From contig CALFZX010000016.1 in NCBI GenBank assembly GCA_937952315.1, forward strand, positions 14,969 to 78,968: 64,000 nt of DNA, given 5' to 3'. Shown piece after piece: positions 9,599-19,774 of this stretch. The notes under the pieces are model-generated. The model searched no databases. It had not been told where the DNA came from and saw nothing but the letters and a program-made list of their open reading frames with translations. Source of the DNA: an uncultured bacterium. Lineage in GTDB: Bacteria; Patescibacteriota; Minisyncoccia; CAIUEV01. Every line of letters begins with the position of its first letter. Position 1 is the first letter of the stretch. Position numbers and translations under genes: made by a program.

Positions 9599-10222
9599 TT
9601 AAATTGAAGAAATTTCAACAAAACTTCCCTTTCTTCCCGGAACGGCACCGGCCAAGGCGATCAAAGACTTATCGTTATCAATCCAAGCAACTTTGAGGTT
9701 TTTGACGGTGACTCTTTCGTCCCCCATGCGTCCCGCCATTTTTTTACCTTTGTTTACATGCTCCGGAAAAGCGCATCCGATCGATCCGCCACTGCGAAGA
9801 ACATGACGATGTCCGTGAGTCTTAGGGCCTCCGGCAAAATTATGTCTTTTGACAACTCCTTGAAAACCCTTTCCTTTACTTTTACCGGCAACTTTAACTT
9901 TGTCACCGACCGCAAAAACTCCAACCGAGACAAGCTTTTTTTCCGGATAATCCTCCTCTTTCAACTCTTTTAGTGCTACTCGGAACTCTTTAATTAAGCC
10001 AAAATTTTTACTCAATTTGAAAAAATTATCCTTCATTTCCGACTGTTTTTCAATTTTTTTAGCTAAGCTCAGAACTAAAGACTCGTATTTGTCTTTTTCC
10101 AAAGTTTTTTTACGGAGTACAAAAAGATTACTACAATCAATCAGAGTGACTGCTTCAACTTTATTATCTTTGTCCCAAATCTGAGACATTCCAATTTTTC
10201 TACCCAAGAGAAATTTACTCAT
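9599..10222 (-). CDS. rplC: 50S ribosomal protein L3
   Basis: GRKIGMSQ, SKGKGFQGVVKRHNF, KGKKMAGRMG. Confidence 0.98.
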   Translation of the reverse strand: MSKFLLGRKIGMSQIWDKDNKVEAVTLIDCSNLFVLRKKTLEKDKYESLVLSLAKKIEKQSEMKDNFFKLSKNFGLIKEFRVALKELKEEDYPEKKLVSVGVFAVGDKVKVAGKSKGKGFQGVVKRHNFAGGPKTHGHRHVLRSGGSIGCAFPEHVNKGKKMAGRMGDERVTVKNLKVAWIDNDKSLIALAGAVPGRKGSFVEISSI

Positions 10223-10313
10223 AGCTTTAAATTATAAAGAGGAGACCGTTCAATAGAGCCTCTTTTTTTCTTAGTTGTCAACAATACCAAAAAAATATGG
10301 AAAAGACAAAAAA

Positions 10314-10628
10314 TTACATTTTAATTTCGACATCCACCCCCGCTGGTAAATCCAAATTCGTCAAGGACTCTATTGTTTTTGAAGTGAAATTTTCAATGTC
10401 GATAATTCGCTTATGCAATCTCATCTCAAATTGTTCTCTGGCGTCTTTGTGAACAAAAGTCGACCTGTTAACGGTGAATTTTTTAATTCTGGTGGGCAAA
10501 GGTATCGGCCCCTTGACCTCAGCGCCGGTTCTTTCCGCCGTCTCGACTATTTGTCGGGCGGAGAGGTCGATCACTCGATGATCATAGGCTTTTATCTTTA
10601 TTCTGATACGATTTTTACTCTCTTCCAT
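10314..10628 (-). CDS. rpsJ: 30S ribosomal protein S10
   Basis: [27 protein letters not shown]. Confidence 0.98.
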   Translation of the reverse strand: MEESKNRIRIKIKAYDHRVIDLSARQIVETAERTGAEVKGPIPLPTRIKKFTVNRSTFVHKDAREQFEMRLHKRIIDIENFTSKTIESLTNLDLPAGVDVEIKM

Positions 10629-10656
10629 TGTATCCGCTATTAATTAAGGCAAAAAT

Positions 10657-10690
10657 TCTCCCATCCTTAAGTTTGGTTAAGGATGGGAGA
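10657..10690 (-). terminator. Hairpin/terminator downstream of tuf
   Basis: TCTCCCATCCTTAA / TTAAGGATGGGAGA 14-bp stem followed by a T-tract on the minus strand. Confidence 0.7.
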
Positions 10691-10697
10691 TAAAATA

Positions 10698-11891
10698 CTA
10701 TTTAGTAATTTCGGTTACCACTCCGGCACCGACCGTTCTGCCACCCTCTCGGATAGCAAAGCGCATTTCTTTCTCGACGGCGACCGGTTTAATCAACTTG
10801 ATTTTGAATTTCATTGTGTCTCCCGGCATAACCATTTCGACACCTTCCGGTAAAGTTACTTCACCGGTAACATCCGTTGTTCTGACAAAAAATTGCGGTT
10901 TGTAACCGGAAAAGAAGGGCGTATGTCGTCCGCCTTCCTCTTTGCTCAGAACATAGACTTCGGCTTCGAATTCGGTGTGCGGAGTAATTGATCCCGGTTT
11001 CGCTAAAACCTGGCCTCTTTCAACCTGTTCCTTTTTGATACCTCGAAGCAAAATTCCGGCGTTATCTCCCGCTTGGCCTCTGTCTAATTCCTTGTTGAAC
11101 ATTTCAACACCGGTAACGGCGGTTTTTTGAGTGTCTCTAAGACCGACGATCTCGACTTCTTCACCTAGGTTGACTACACCTCTTTCAATTCGGCCGGTGA
11201 CCACAGTGCCTCTTCCTTCAATGGAGAAAATATCTTCGATGGGCATCAGATAAGGTTTGTCAATGTCTCGAGTCGGCTCCGGAACTTTACTGTCGAGAGC
11301 ATCGATCAAAGCCAAAATTTGCTTGGCGTTCTCGTCGTTGGCATCCTTGGCCTCGAGAGATTTCAAAGCGGAACCTTTGACGATGGCTGCATTATCACCG
11401 TCAAATTCATATTTAGTTAAGAGTTCTCGAATCTCGGCTTCAACCAATTCTACCAACTCCGGATCGTCCACCTGATCAACTTTATTGATAAAAACAACAA
11501 TTTCCGGTACACCGATTTGTCTTGCCAACAGAATATGCTCTTGAGTTTGAGGCATAGGACCGTCGGTGGCGGCTACAACCAAGATCGCGCCATCCATTTG
11601 AGCGGCGCCAGTGATCATATTTTTGACATAGTCGGCGTGGCCGGGGCAATCTATATGAGCGTAATGTCTTTTTTCCGATTCATATTCAACATGGGCGGTA
11701 GCAATGGTAATGCCTCTTTCTCTTTCTTCCGGTGCCGAGTCGATTTCGTCAACTCTTTTGTGAGTAACGGTTCGTCCGGCCAAGCTTAAACAGTGCAAGA
11801 TGGCGGCCGTTAGAGTGGTTTTTCCGTGGTCAACATGACCGATGGTTCCGACATTGACATGGGGTTTGGTGCGACTAAATTTTTCTGCCAT
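10698..11891 (-). CDS. tuf: Elongation factor Tu
   Basis: [38 protein letters not shown]. Confidence 0.99.
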   Translation of the reverse strand: MAEKFSRTKPHVNVGTIGHVDHGKTTLTAAILHCLSLAGRTVTHKRVDEIDSAPEERERGITIATAHVEYESEKRHYAHIDCPGHADYVKNMITGAAQMDGAILVVAATDGPMPQTQEHILLARQIGVPEIVVFINKVDQVDDPELVELVEAEIRELLTKYEFDGDNAAIVKGSALKSLEAKDANDENAKQILALIDALDSKVPEPTRDIDKPYLMPIEDIFSIEGRGTVVTGRIERGVVNLGEEVEIVGLRDTQKTAVTGVEMFNKELDRGQAGDNAGILLRGIKKEQVERGQVLAKPGSITPHTEFEAEVYVLSKEEGGRHTPFFSGYKPQFFVRTTDVTGEVTLPEGVEMVMPGDTMKFKIKLIKPVAVEKEMRFAIREGGRTVGAGVVTEITK

Positions 11892-12176
11892 TTTTTTTGA
11901 TTTGGCTCCCTCTGCGTTGCTTTTAGCGTAAAGGCAAAGGTTCGCTCTATTAAAGATTAATTAATTTGAATAAAACATTATCCATAAAAGAATGCCTCAC
12001 AACAAAAAGATTGTCAAATTAAAATCTCCTCCGATTCTTTAATTGACAACGGTCTTCTTATTAACATGAAGAATGAATAATTAAATACAAAATATATTTT
12101 TTGTTTTTAATTGTCAAAAAAATTAAAAATCATTTATTATTCATAATGATTTAATCAGATCGGTTTAGTTAAAAAC

Positions 12177-14105
12177 ATGAATGAATACTCAAATAATCAA
12201 TTAAAAAAAGGGTCTAAACTAATTGAATTTTGGTCCCGTTTCGTTTTTTTCCTATCGGCATTGATTATCGGCTCGATTATTTTAGGTTACTTAGATATTT
12301 TTTATTGGTTTAGTGAGCTGACGCTGATCTTCGTTTTAGTCTTTTGGACCAAAATTTATCGATATTTGATCGATTTTATCGAAAATTTAGGGCTCTTGCG
12401 ACCGACATTTCTTCAGAGTGTAATATTTCTATTTTTTTTGATCTGGTTTGTTCTCCTTGTAACCCATTCTCCTTTTCCGGCTTTTTCAGGTAGAGATGAA
12501 GGTTCTTACGCCAATGGTGCGATTTACTTGGCGAAAAATGCGAGTTTCTTTTTTGAGCCTCAGTTGCTTCAATATTTTGACAATGAGGGACCGGCTCAAA
12601 AATCTCTTAATTATCCGGGTTTTGTGATCAAAGATCAAAGGCTAATGACTCAGTTTAGTCCGGCTTACTCGACATTGTTGGCGGTATTTCTGCTTTTTTT
12701 TGATACGGTAAAAATTTTTATTTGGATTAACGGAATTTTAATCCTCGGCGGTCTTATTGCTTTTTATATTCTTTTAAAATTTTTTATTCCCAAGTGGTCT
12801 GTTGTTCTAGCGTTGTTGCTTTTGCTTTTTAACTTCGTTTTAATTTGGTTTCCTCGCTTTACTCTCTCCGAAAATCTGGCTTTTTTTGTTAATTTGAATG
12901 TTCTCCTGTTTGCTTTTCTTTCTTTTTTCAACCCACAAAAGAACAATTTGACAACGCTTTTGGCCATTTCCTTGGTTGCGCCTTTAACTAGGCCGGAAGG
13001 GTTCTGGTTTTTGATTGTTGGGCTTGGAATGATCTGCTTGGTTTTGATTAAAAATCGAACGAAGGCGGTCGATTTAATCTCCGGAAAAATAATGATTTCT
13101 GCCATTGTTGGCATTGGAACCGTCGGCTACGCTTTTTTTCTGCAATGGCCGGTCTACCTTCAGCTAGTCAAAGATTTTCTGAAATGGTCCAGCAACCGAG
13201 ACAGTTTTTCTCGCCTCGGCAACTTTGAAAATGGAGGATTTGACTGGATGAATATAGCTTCCGCTCTAGGAAAAATTATTCCCGATCCGGCTAAATTATT
13301 CTATTTTTATACCGTAGAGGCTCGTTACGGAGTGCTAGTTTTTGCGATTGCGCTTTTCGTTTTGGCTATCCATTTTCTTTTTAAACAAAATAGTAATTTT
13401 TACGATGTATCGATAAAATTACTATTTAGACTTTCTTTGTTGCTGGCTTTGCCTTATCTGATGATTTTAATTTCGCCTCAAATTTCTCAAGATCATCCTT
13501 GGTTTTTAAGGCGATTTTTTCCTTTGATTGTTCCTTTCGGTCTTTTAATGACTTTTATTTTTGTCGGCAGATGGATTGATTTGAATTTGTTTAAAAAAAG
13601 ATACGCGATTTTTTTTGGTACTTTTTTTCTCTTGTTTATTGTCACTTTTCCTGCCAGTGCTTATTTTATGGGTTTTAGGATTGATAGCGGTCGGGAGGGA
13701 GCTTTAAAAGAAACGGCTGATTTTTTGAATAGACAGCTTAACCCGTTCATCTTTGTCCAAAGAGAATCTAGCGGAGATGGTTGGCGAATGTTTTCCTTAC
13801 CTCTTAATTCAATTTTTGAATTGGAGGCGGTTTATGTTTATGATCCGGCTCATATTGTCAACTTAAAAAAATTGGTGATGGAAAAATCTGACCGAGGTGA
13901 AAAAACTTTTGTTTTATTGCCGGCCAATGCTTATAATTTTGAGCATAAACTTAAGAAAAACTATAGTCTTATCTTGGAAAAACAAATTGACTATGAGAAC
14001 GATGAATTGGCGGTTGAAGAAAAATCAAGGGAAACTGATTTCCCCCTCTTACAAAAAAAGAAAAATTCTGTTAAAATATATTCACTTAATTTAAATTATG
14101 ATTAA
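12177..14105 (+). CDS. Polytopic membrane protein, probable GT-C fold glycosyltransferase
   Basis: Many TM helices; GRDEGSY loop motif, then LSE, TRPEG and PW..RRF.P motifs. Confidence 0.6.
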   Translation: MNEYSNNQLKKGSKLIEFWSRFVFFLSALIIGSIILGYLDIFYWFSELTLIFVLVFWTKIYRYLIDFIENLGLLRPTFLQSVIFLFFLIWFVLLVTHSPFPAFSGRDEGSYANGAIYLAKNASFFFEPQLLQYFDNEGPAQKSLNYPGFVIKDQRLMTQFSPAYSTLLAVFLLFFDTVKIFIWINGILILGGLIAFYILLKFFIPKWSVVLALLLLLFNFVLIWFPRFTLSENLAFFVNLNVLLFAFLSFFNPQKNNLTTLLAISLVAPLTRPEGFWFLIVGLGMICLVLIKNRTKAVDLISGKIMISAIVGIGTVGYAFFLQWPVYLQLVKDFLKWSSNRDSFSRLGNFENGGFDWMNIASALGKIIPDPAKLFYFYTVEARYGVLVFAIALFVLAIHFLFKQNSNFYDVSIKLLFRLSLLLALPYLMILISPQISQDHPWFLRRFFPLIVPFGLLMTFIFVGRWIDLNLFKKRYAIFFGTFFLLFIVTFPASAYFMGFRIDSGREGALKETADFLNRQLNPFIFVQRESSGDGWRMFSLPLNSIFELEAVYVYDPAHIVNLKKLVMEKSDRGEKTFVLLPANAYNFEHKLKKNYSLILEKQIDYENDELAVEEKSRETDFPLLQKKKNSVKIYSLNLNYD

Positions 14106-14138
14106 TTACTTTATTTATTGTTAATAATAAAAATAAAA

Positions 14139-14819
14139 ATGAAATCGAAAAATCAAAATCAAGGCTTTACTATCATTGAATCAGTAGTAGTGCTTTTCAT
14201 AATCGGTCTTTTGACGGTCACCGCTTCTATCGGTTTTAGCCGAGCTAACCGAGAAAAAATAGTTGATCAGGCTTCTAGAAAAGTTAACGCCGAACTTGGA
14301 AAGTTGAGAGACTCTTCCTTTCTGGGGCAAAAAGTAAATGAAATTTTTCCTTGCGGATACGCTATTTCTTTGCAAAAAGATGCTGTCAACGATAACAAAA
14401 CTTTTGGATTACTTTATACTTCGGGAGAAAAAATGGATCGTTTAAGTGTAATCGATGAAGACAAAATTTGTGATGAAAAAATTAATAACATCTCCGTTTC
14501 TCTTGGTCATATTCCGAATGTTCCTTCCGCGGATGTTAATTTGGGAAGAGCGAGAATATCAAAAATAGATGGATCTAAACTTGGTCTTTCAAATGATTTG
14601 AGTTGCTTAACAATTCTTTTTTCTGCTCCAAGGCAAGGATCATATTACTGTACGGACGGTGGAAGTTGTCCGCCTTCAAGCTGTACTTTTAAACCTTTTT
14701 CAGGTGATAATAAATATTTTGATATAACATTTTCTAATACTGACGGTGTTACCGATCCCGCGATTAAGGTTTTGAGAATTTCTCCTAGCGGTAATACCTC
14801 AACGCTGGTTTCTCCCTAA
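14139..14819 (+). CDS. Type IV pilin / pseudopilin-like protein
   Basis: Class III signal QG|FTIIE followed by a hydrophobic helix; Cys-rich C-terminus; ATG at 14139. Confidence 0.8.
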   Translation: MKSKNQNQGFTIIESVVVLFIIGLLTVTASIGFSRANREKIVDQASRKVNAELGKLRDSSFLGQKVNEIFPCGYAISLQKDAVNDNKTFGLLYTSGEKMDRLSVIDEDKICDEKINNISVSLGHIPNVPSADVNLGRARISKIDGSKLGLSNDLSCLTILFSAPRQGSYYCTDGGSCPPSSCTFKPFSGDNKYFDITFSNTDGVTDPAIKVLRISPSGNTSTLVSP

Positions 14820-14825
14820 AATTAT

Positions 14826-15962
14826 TCATTTAGCATAGAATTGTTCTCCGATTTTTTCTATAAGACCCGTAATCTCGAGTTGAGTGATTTCGGCGCAAAC
14901 GACAGCGGTTTTTAGACCGGAAATCTTGGTAATTCCGTCTAAATCGTTGGCCGGGTGTTTCTTTATGGTTTCTAATATTGTCAATGCCTCTTTCTTCAAT
15001 TTTAGACTTATCGGAGAAATTGGCGCCAAGGTTTCTTTTAATTGTTGATTTTTTTCAAAGATCTTCTCTGTGAAATCTTGGGAATCTAAAAATGGGCGAG
15101 CTCCTCTATCTAGCAATTCGTTAGTTCCTTGGCTTAGAGGAGAAAAGATATTGCCGGGAACAGCGAAAACTTTTTTTCCTTGTTTGAAGGCGAAATCGGC
15201 CGTAATCAGGGCGCCGGATTTTTTACCTGCTTCCGTGATGAGAAGAGTATCACAAAGACCGCTGATAATTCGGTTTCGAGCGGGAAAATTTTGTCTAAAA
15301 TAGCGACTACCCGGTGGAAATTCGCTGATCAAAAAACCACCCGTCTCGACGATTTCTTTTGCCAGTCGATTGTTAATATTGGGATAGATTTTGTCCAAGC
15401 CTCCGGCTAAAACGGCTATGTTAGGCTGCTTTGTTTCTAAAGCCTTTCGATGAGCCAAAGAGTCTGTCCCGACGGCTAAGCCAGAGATAAGAGCAATTCT
15501 TCGATTGGCCAAGGAGCTGATTAAATGTTGAACTAAAACTCTCCCGTAATCGGAAGTTTTTCGACTGCCTACTATAGCAAGATTAAAATTATTTTCTATT
15601 AAATTTTTCAATTTAGCGGTTTTGCCCAAGCAATAAAGTGTTAATGGTGGATAATCGATTAGCTTTAATTTTTCGGGGTAGTCTTCGGAATAAAAATTGA
15701 TCAATCCAATTTCTTCTTTTTCTAGCTTTTCAATTAAATTTTGGACATCGAAAATTGCAATTTTGCGAGCAATAGACTCAATTTTCCGCTGAGAGAAGAT
15801 ATCTTTCAGGGCTTGATTGAATTTATTTTTTTTGAAACAACGCCAAGCCTCGGAAATCCCTCCGGGTAGATTTGCTAAGCAACTCATTTTTTCTATTCCG
15901 CCCACTCCGGCCCAAAAAAAACCGGCCCAAATGGCATCCTCGATTGAAGGTTTTTTTAACAA
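14826..15962 (-). CDS. dprA: DNA-processing protein DprA
   Basis: AIVGSR, ISGLA.G.D..AH, FPARNRIISGL, EAGKKSGALITA, VPG; winged-helix end. Confidence 0.95.
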   Translation of the reverse strand: MLKKPSIEDAIWAGFFWAGVGGIEKMSCLANLPGGISEAWRCFKKNKFNQALKDIFSQRKIESIARKIAIFDVQNLIEKLEKEEIGLINFYSEDYPEKLKLIDYPPLTLYCLGKTAKLKNLIENNFNLAIVGSRKTSDYGRVLVQHLISSLANRRIALISGLAVGTDSLAHRKALETKQPNIAVLAGGLDKIYPNINNRLAKEIVETGGFLISEFPPGSRYFRQNFPARNRIISGLCDTLLITEAGKKSGALITADFAFKQGKKVFAVPGNIFSPLSQGTNELLDRGARPFLDSQDFTEKIFEKNQQLKETLAPISPISLKLKKEALTILETIKKHPANDLDGITKISGLKTAVVCAEITQLEITGLIEKIGEQFYAK

Positions 15963-16065
15963 ATTTTTTTCTCATTAATCTTTATTGTTCTGTTTTTAGC
16001 ATAAACTATTCGGGCTTAAATTTTCTTTAAAAATAAATTAAAAAAACTATAGAAATCTCATCAAA

Positions 16066-16100
16066 TGAAAAAACGAGGCCCAAAAGACCTCGTTTTTTCA
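16066..16100. terminator. Intrinsic terminator after rplL
   Basis: TGAAAAAACGAGG / CCTCGTTTTTTCA inverted repeat. Confidence 0.75.
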
Positions 16101-16121
16101 AGCAAACAGTAGCGTAAAAAG

Positions 16122-16562
16122 CTATTTTAGCTCCACTGTGGCACCAGCCTCTTCGAGTTTTCCTTTGAGCTCATCGGCCTCCGCTTTGCTGACTCCCGCT
16201 TTAACGATTTGCGGAGCGGCGTCAACCAAATCTTTAGCTTCTTTTAAGCCCTTGCCGGTAATTTCGCGAACCAATTTAATGACAGCGATTTTGGCACTAC
16301 CGGCACCGGTTAGTTCTACATCGTAAGAACTTTTTTCGGCGCTTCCGCCCTCTTCTCCGTCTCCGGCTCCGGCCGGCATAGCTCCCATAACCATAGGAGC
16401 GGCGGCGCTGACGCCAAATTTGTCCTCGAGGACTTTAACCAACTCGGAAAGATCGAGAACACTCATTTTCTCGATTTCGGAAACAATTCCTTTGAATTTC
16501 TCCGGCACTTCTTTTACTTCTTTTACCTCTTCGGTTGAAGTTTCTTTTACTTCTTCTGACAT
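16122..16562 (-). CDS. rplL: 50S ribosomal protein L7/L12
   Basis: [33 protein letters not shown]. Confidence 0.98.
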   Translation of the reverse strand: MSEEVKETSTEEVKEVKEVPEKFKGIVSEIEKMSVLDLSELVKVLEDKFGVSAAAPMVMGAMPAGAGDGEEGGSAEKSSYDVELTGAGSAKIAVIKLVREITGKGLKEAKDLVDAAPQIVKAGVSKAEADELKGKLEEAGATVELK

Positions 16563-16600
16563 CTTGTTTGAATTAATTATAAAAAATATACGACTTAAAA

Positions 16601-17122
16601 TTATTTAGCTTCCTTTTTATCCGCTATGGCTTTCACTATGTTCACCAAACCGGACAGATTACCAGACAAGGCCCAAACAAAACCGCTGATAGGTGCATTG
16701 ATTGTCCCGACCAGTTTTGCCAATAGTTCTTGCTTGCTCGGCATTTTGGCTAAAGATTCGACATCCTTGTTATCAATTACTCTTTTTTCCAGTACGCCAC
16801 CTTCTATCTTGAGTTTATCGTTCTTTTTAGCGTAAGAAAAAACTTTTTTGGGTACTTCAGTCTCTTCCGGTCCGAAAATGAAAGCTAATGGTCCGACAAA
16901 CTGTCTGCTATCAAAATCAACCCCGTTCTCTTTGAGGGCAAGATTCAAAAGAGTTTTTTTGGCGACTTTCAGTTTTCCGCCGGCTTCTTTGACTCCCTTC
17001 TTTAATTCATCGATTTCCTCGACGGAAAGACCTCTGAAATCGGCCATAACCAAGACTTTATTCTCTTTGATAGTTTGACTTAGATCGTCAATAATAACCT
17101 TTTTTTGTTCTTTGGTTAGCAT
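16601..17122 (-). CDS. rplJ: 50S ribosomal protein L10
   Basis: [30 protein letters not shown]; upstream of rplL. Confidence 0.96.
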   Translation of the reverse strand: MLTKEQKKVIIDDLSQTIKENKVLVMADFRGLSVEEIDELKKGVKEAGGKLKVAKKTLLNLALKENGVDFDSRQFVGPLAFIFGPEETEVPKKVFSYAKKNDKLKIEGGVLEKRVIDNKDVESLAKMPSKQELLAKLVGTINAPISGFVWALSGNLSGLVNIVKAIADKKEAK

Positions 17123-17518
17123 AAATTTCAACTAAAAATTAAAAAAACTTGCCAGAGCAAGCCTTGTCGAAGAAAAAATCACACCCAAATCATAATAAAA
17201 GATTTTTGGCTGTTCTTCTCCGCAAGACTTATTGTTCGCTTGCAATCTTTGAAGAAAATCACAGAACCAATAAAACATTATTTAAATAGATTGTCAAAAA
17301 AAATTAGATTTTTTCAACTATTTCCTTTAAGAACATTCCGGTTGAATCAACTGTTTTAGAATTATTCTTGATTTCAAAATCTAAAATGTATTTTTTGTTT
17401 TTGTTAAACTGATTAAATATTTTTTCTACCCCGAAAAATTATGAAAAACAGAAACAACGCTCTGAATTCTTACATCTGGTATGTTATCAAATTAAAAAAA
17501 ATATCAAGATATCTATTT

Positions 17519-18439
17519 TTAGTTTATTTTATCAAGGAGCTTTGCCCACTCCAAGTCCACATTTCTTTGGATGTTGGAGATAATTTTGGCGCCGGCTTTG
17601 TCCTTAAATAGATGTTTAAATCGACCTTGCAGTTTTAAAAATTCTTCGACGGGAGTGTATTTGGCCGGTTTGTAGTTGAGAGTGTATTTGCCGTTTTCAT
17701 ATTCAAAAAGTGGCCAAAATCTAGTTTCCGCCGCTAGTCTTGCAATGCGAACATACTGACCTTCCGGAAACTTCCAAACAGTAATACAGGGTGAAAAAAC
17801 GATCAAGACGGCTGGGCCTTGGCAAGAAAAAGCTTTTTCCGCTTTGCGAAAAAGATCGTTGGGATTGTGCACGCTTGCCGAAGCGACAAATTCAATATTA
17901 TGGGCGATGCAAATTTCCAAAATATTTTTTCTCTGATTCTCTTTGCCTAAACTGATTTTTCCCGCCGGTGCGGTGGTGGTGCTGGCTCCTTCCGGGGTGG
18001 CGCCGGATTTTTGGCCACCGGTGTTCATGTAGCCTTCGTTGTCATAACATAAATAAACGAAACGGTGTCTTCGTTCCAAAGCCCCGGAAAGACTTTGCAG
18101 TCCGATATCATAAGTGCCTCCATCCCCGCCGACGGCTAAAAAATTAAAATCTTCTTTCTGTCGATTTTTCTTGCTTAAAAAGCGATAAGCGGTCTCAACT
18201 CCGGAAAGAGTGGCGGAAGCATTTTCAAAGGCGCTGTGGATATAATTAGTTTTCCAAGCACTTCTCGGGTAGACGGTAGAGGTGACTTCCAAACAGCCGG
18301 TGGCGTTGCTGATCACCAAAGGCCTCTCGGAGGCCGAAATGACGGTTCTGACAATGGCGGGAAAAGCGCAACCGGCGCAGGCTGAGTGCCCGGAGCAAAA
18401 TTGATTTTTTGCCGATTTTATCTTTTGAGATAGGAGCAT
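17519..18439 (-). CDS. porB: Pyruvate/2-oxoacid:ferredoxin oxidoreductase beta subunit
   Basis: GHSACAGC, NATGCLEV, GGDG TPP motif, YDNEGYMNTGGQ.S..TP; likely start 18439. Confidence 0.9.
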   Translation of the reverse strand: MLLSQKIKSAKNQFCSGHSACAGCAFPAIVRTVISASERPLVISNATGCLEVTSTVYPRSAWKTNYIHSAFENASATLSGVETAYRFLSKKNRQKEDFNFLAVGGDGGTYDIGLQSLSGALERRHRFVYLCYDNEGYMNTGGQKSGATPEGASTTTAPAGKISLGKENQRKNILEICIAHNIEFVASASVHNPNDLFRKAEKAFSCQGPAVLIVFSPCITVWKFPEGQYVRIARLAAETRFWPLFEYENGKYTLNYKPAKYTPVEEFLKLQGRFKHLFKDKAGAKIISNIQRNVDLEWAKLLDKIN

Positions 18440-18452
18440 TTCAGTATTTAAT

Positions 18453-18722
18453 TTAATGATCCAAGTTATTATTTTGCAAGGTTTCTTTGATAATTTCTTC
18501 GGAAGGAGTTTCTCCTCTCCAGCTGGCCAATTCATTTTCATTATTGTCGCACAATATTAGAGAAGGTGTCGCCATGATTGAATAAAATTGAGCTTCGGCC
18601 AATCCATCCGCTTCTTCAACATCAAAAAATTCCGTTGAGATTTTTTCTGGCATTTTTTTGGCGATTTTTTCCGCTTCGGGACAACGAGGGCAATCCTTTT
18701 TAGTAAATATTTTAAGTTTCAT
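18453..18722 (-). CDS. Thioredoxin/glutaredoxin-like protein
   Basis: CPRC motif, DGLAEA.FY, ATP cis-Pro loop. Confidence 0.8.
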   Translation of the reverse strand: MKLKIFTKKDCPRCPEAEKIAKKMPEKISTEFFDVEEADGLAEAQFYSIMATPSLILCDNNENELASWRGETPSEEIIKETLQNNNLDH

Positions 18723-18731
18723 ATTCTTTAA

Positions 18732-19679
18732 TTATCGGTTAGCGCAGGCTGAATCAATATCGCCCTTGTCGTTATCGTTAATGTCGTTGTTCTTAAAAGA
18801 GAAAGTCTTCTTCCAAAGCTGGTTGCTCCATGATCGAGTGCCACCGCAACGAATGCCGTAATGATTATTGTCTTCAAACTTATTATTTTTGAATGAAACT
18901 TTGCCACCTTTATTGGTTCTGTTGTTGAGCATTAAACCGCTGGCCTCGTTTGATTTGAAATCGTTGTTGCGGACATCCAGTTTGACTCCTCTAATCTCAA
19001 GTTCCATACCGCCTTCTCCGTTATCTTCGAAAGTGCTGTCGTAAATTTTTCCCTTGACTTTTGATCTTAAATCAAGGCCTTCTTCCTGATTATTCAGAAC
19101 GGAATTATTATAGAAATATAGGTATGTCTGTTCTATATAAAGGCCTTTTCCGTCATTGTCCTCAATGAAAGAATCTTTAATGGTAGTTGAGTAAACCGTC
19201 CGATTTTTGCCGGATCTAACCCAGATGCCGATTCTTTTTGATTTGGTAATTTTTACATTTTTAATCGTTACTTTGGCTTTTTTCTGTACGATAACCGAGT
19301 AGTTTCCTCCCTTGACAGTCAATTTTTCTATTGTACTTCTTTTGCGCATAGTCAAACTGGCTTTGCCGTCGGCTGAAAAATCGATGATAACTTTATTGCG
19401 GTCCTCTCCTAGCAAAGTGGTATAAGTCGGTAAATCCAAATCGCCGGAGGGGTAGGTGCCTTTTTTGATAAAAATTTGTCTCCCGCTTGTCGGGCTGACA
19501 GCCGCTTTGGCGAGAGCGCTTCCGATAGTTTTATACGGATTGGCTTCTGAACCGTCTTCGGTAGAGCTTTGACTGGCACCGTCGACGAAAATATAGCCGG
19601 CGGCCATCGTTGTTGCCGTCAGACCGCTAAAAACCCAAAACAGACCAAGGAGAACAAAACCAAGGAAGATTTTTTTCAT
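18732..19679 (-). CDS. Secreted right-handed parallel beta-helix protein (DUF1565-like N-terminus)
   Basis: Signal peptide, DGS.ANPYKTI..AL, GTY, repeated N..EDN...G[IL] units. Confidence 0.75.
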   Translation of the reverse strand: MKKIFLGFVLLGLFWVFSGLTATTMAAGYIFVDGASQSSTEDGSEANPYKTIGSALAKAAVSPTSGRQIFIKKGTYPSGDLDLPTYTTLLGEDRNKVIIDFSADGKASLTMRKRSTIEKLTVKGGNYSVIVQKKAKVTIKNVKITKSKRIGIWVRSGKNRTVYSTTIKDSFIEDNDGKGLYIEQTYLYFYNNSVLNNQEEGLDLRSKVKGKIYDSTFEDNGEGGMELEIRGVKLDVRNNDFKSNEASGLMLNNRTNKGGKVSFKNNKFEDNNHYGIRCGGTRSWSNQLWKKTFSFKNNDINDNDKGDIDSACANR

Positions 19680-19774
19680 TTTATTTTTTAAATTTTATAA
19701 AAATCAAAAACGAATATATAACAGAATGATAACTTAAAGTTTAAAAATATCCAAATCGTTTTAATTTTTCAAAA

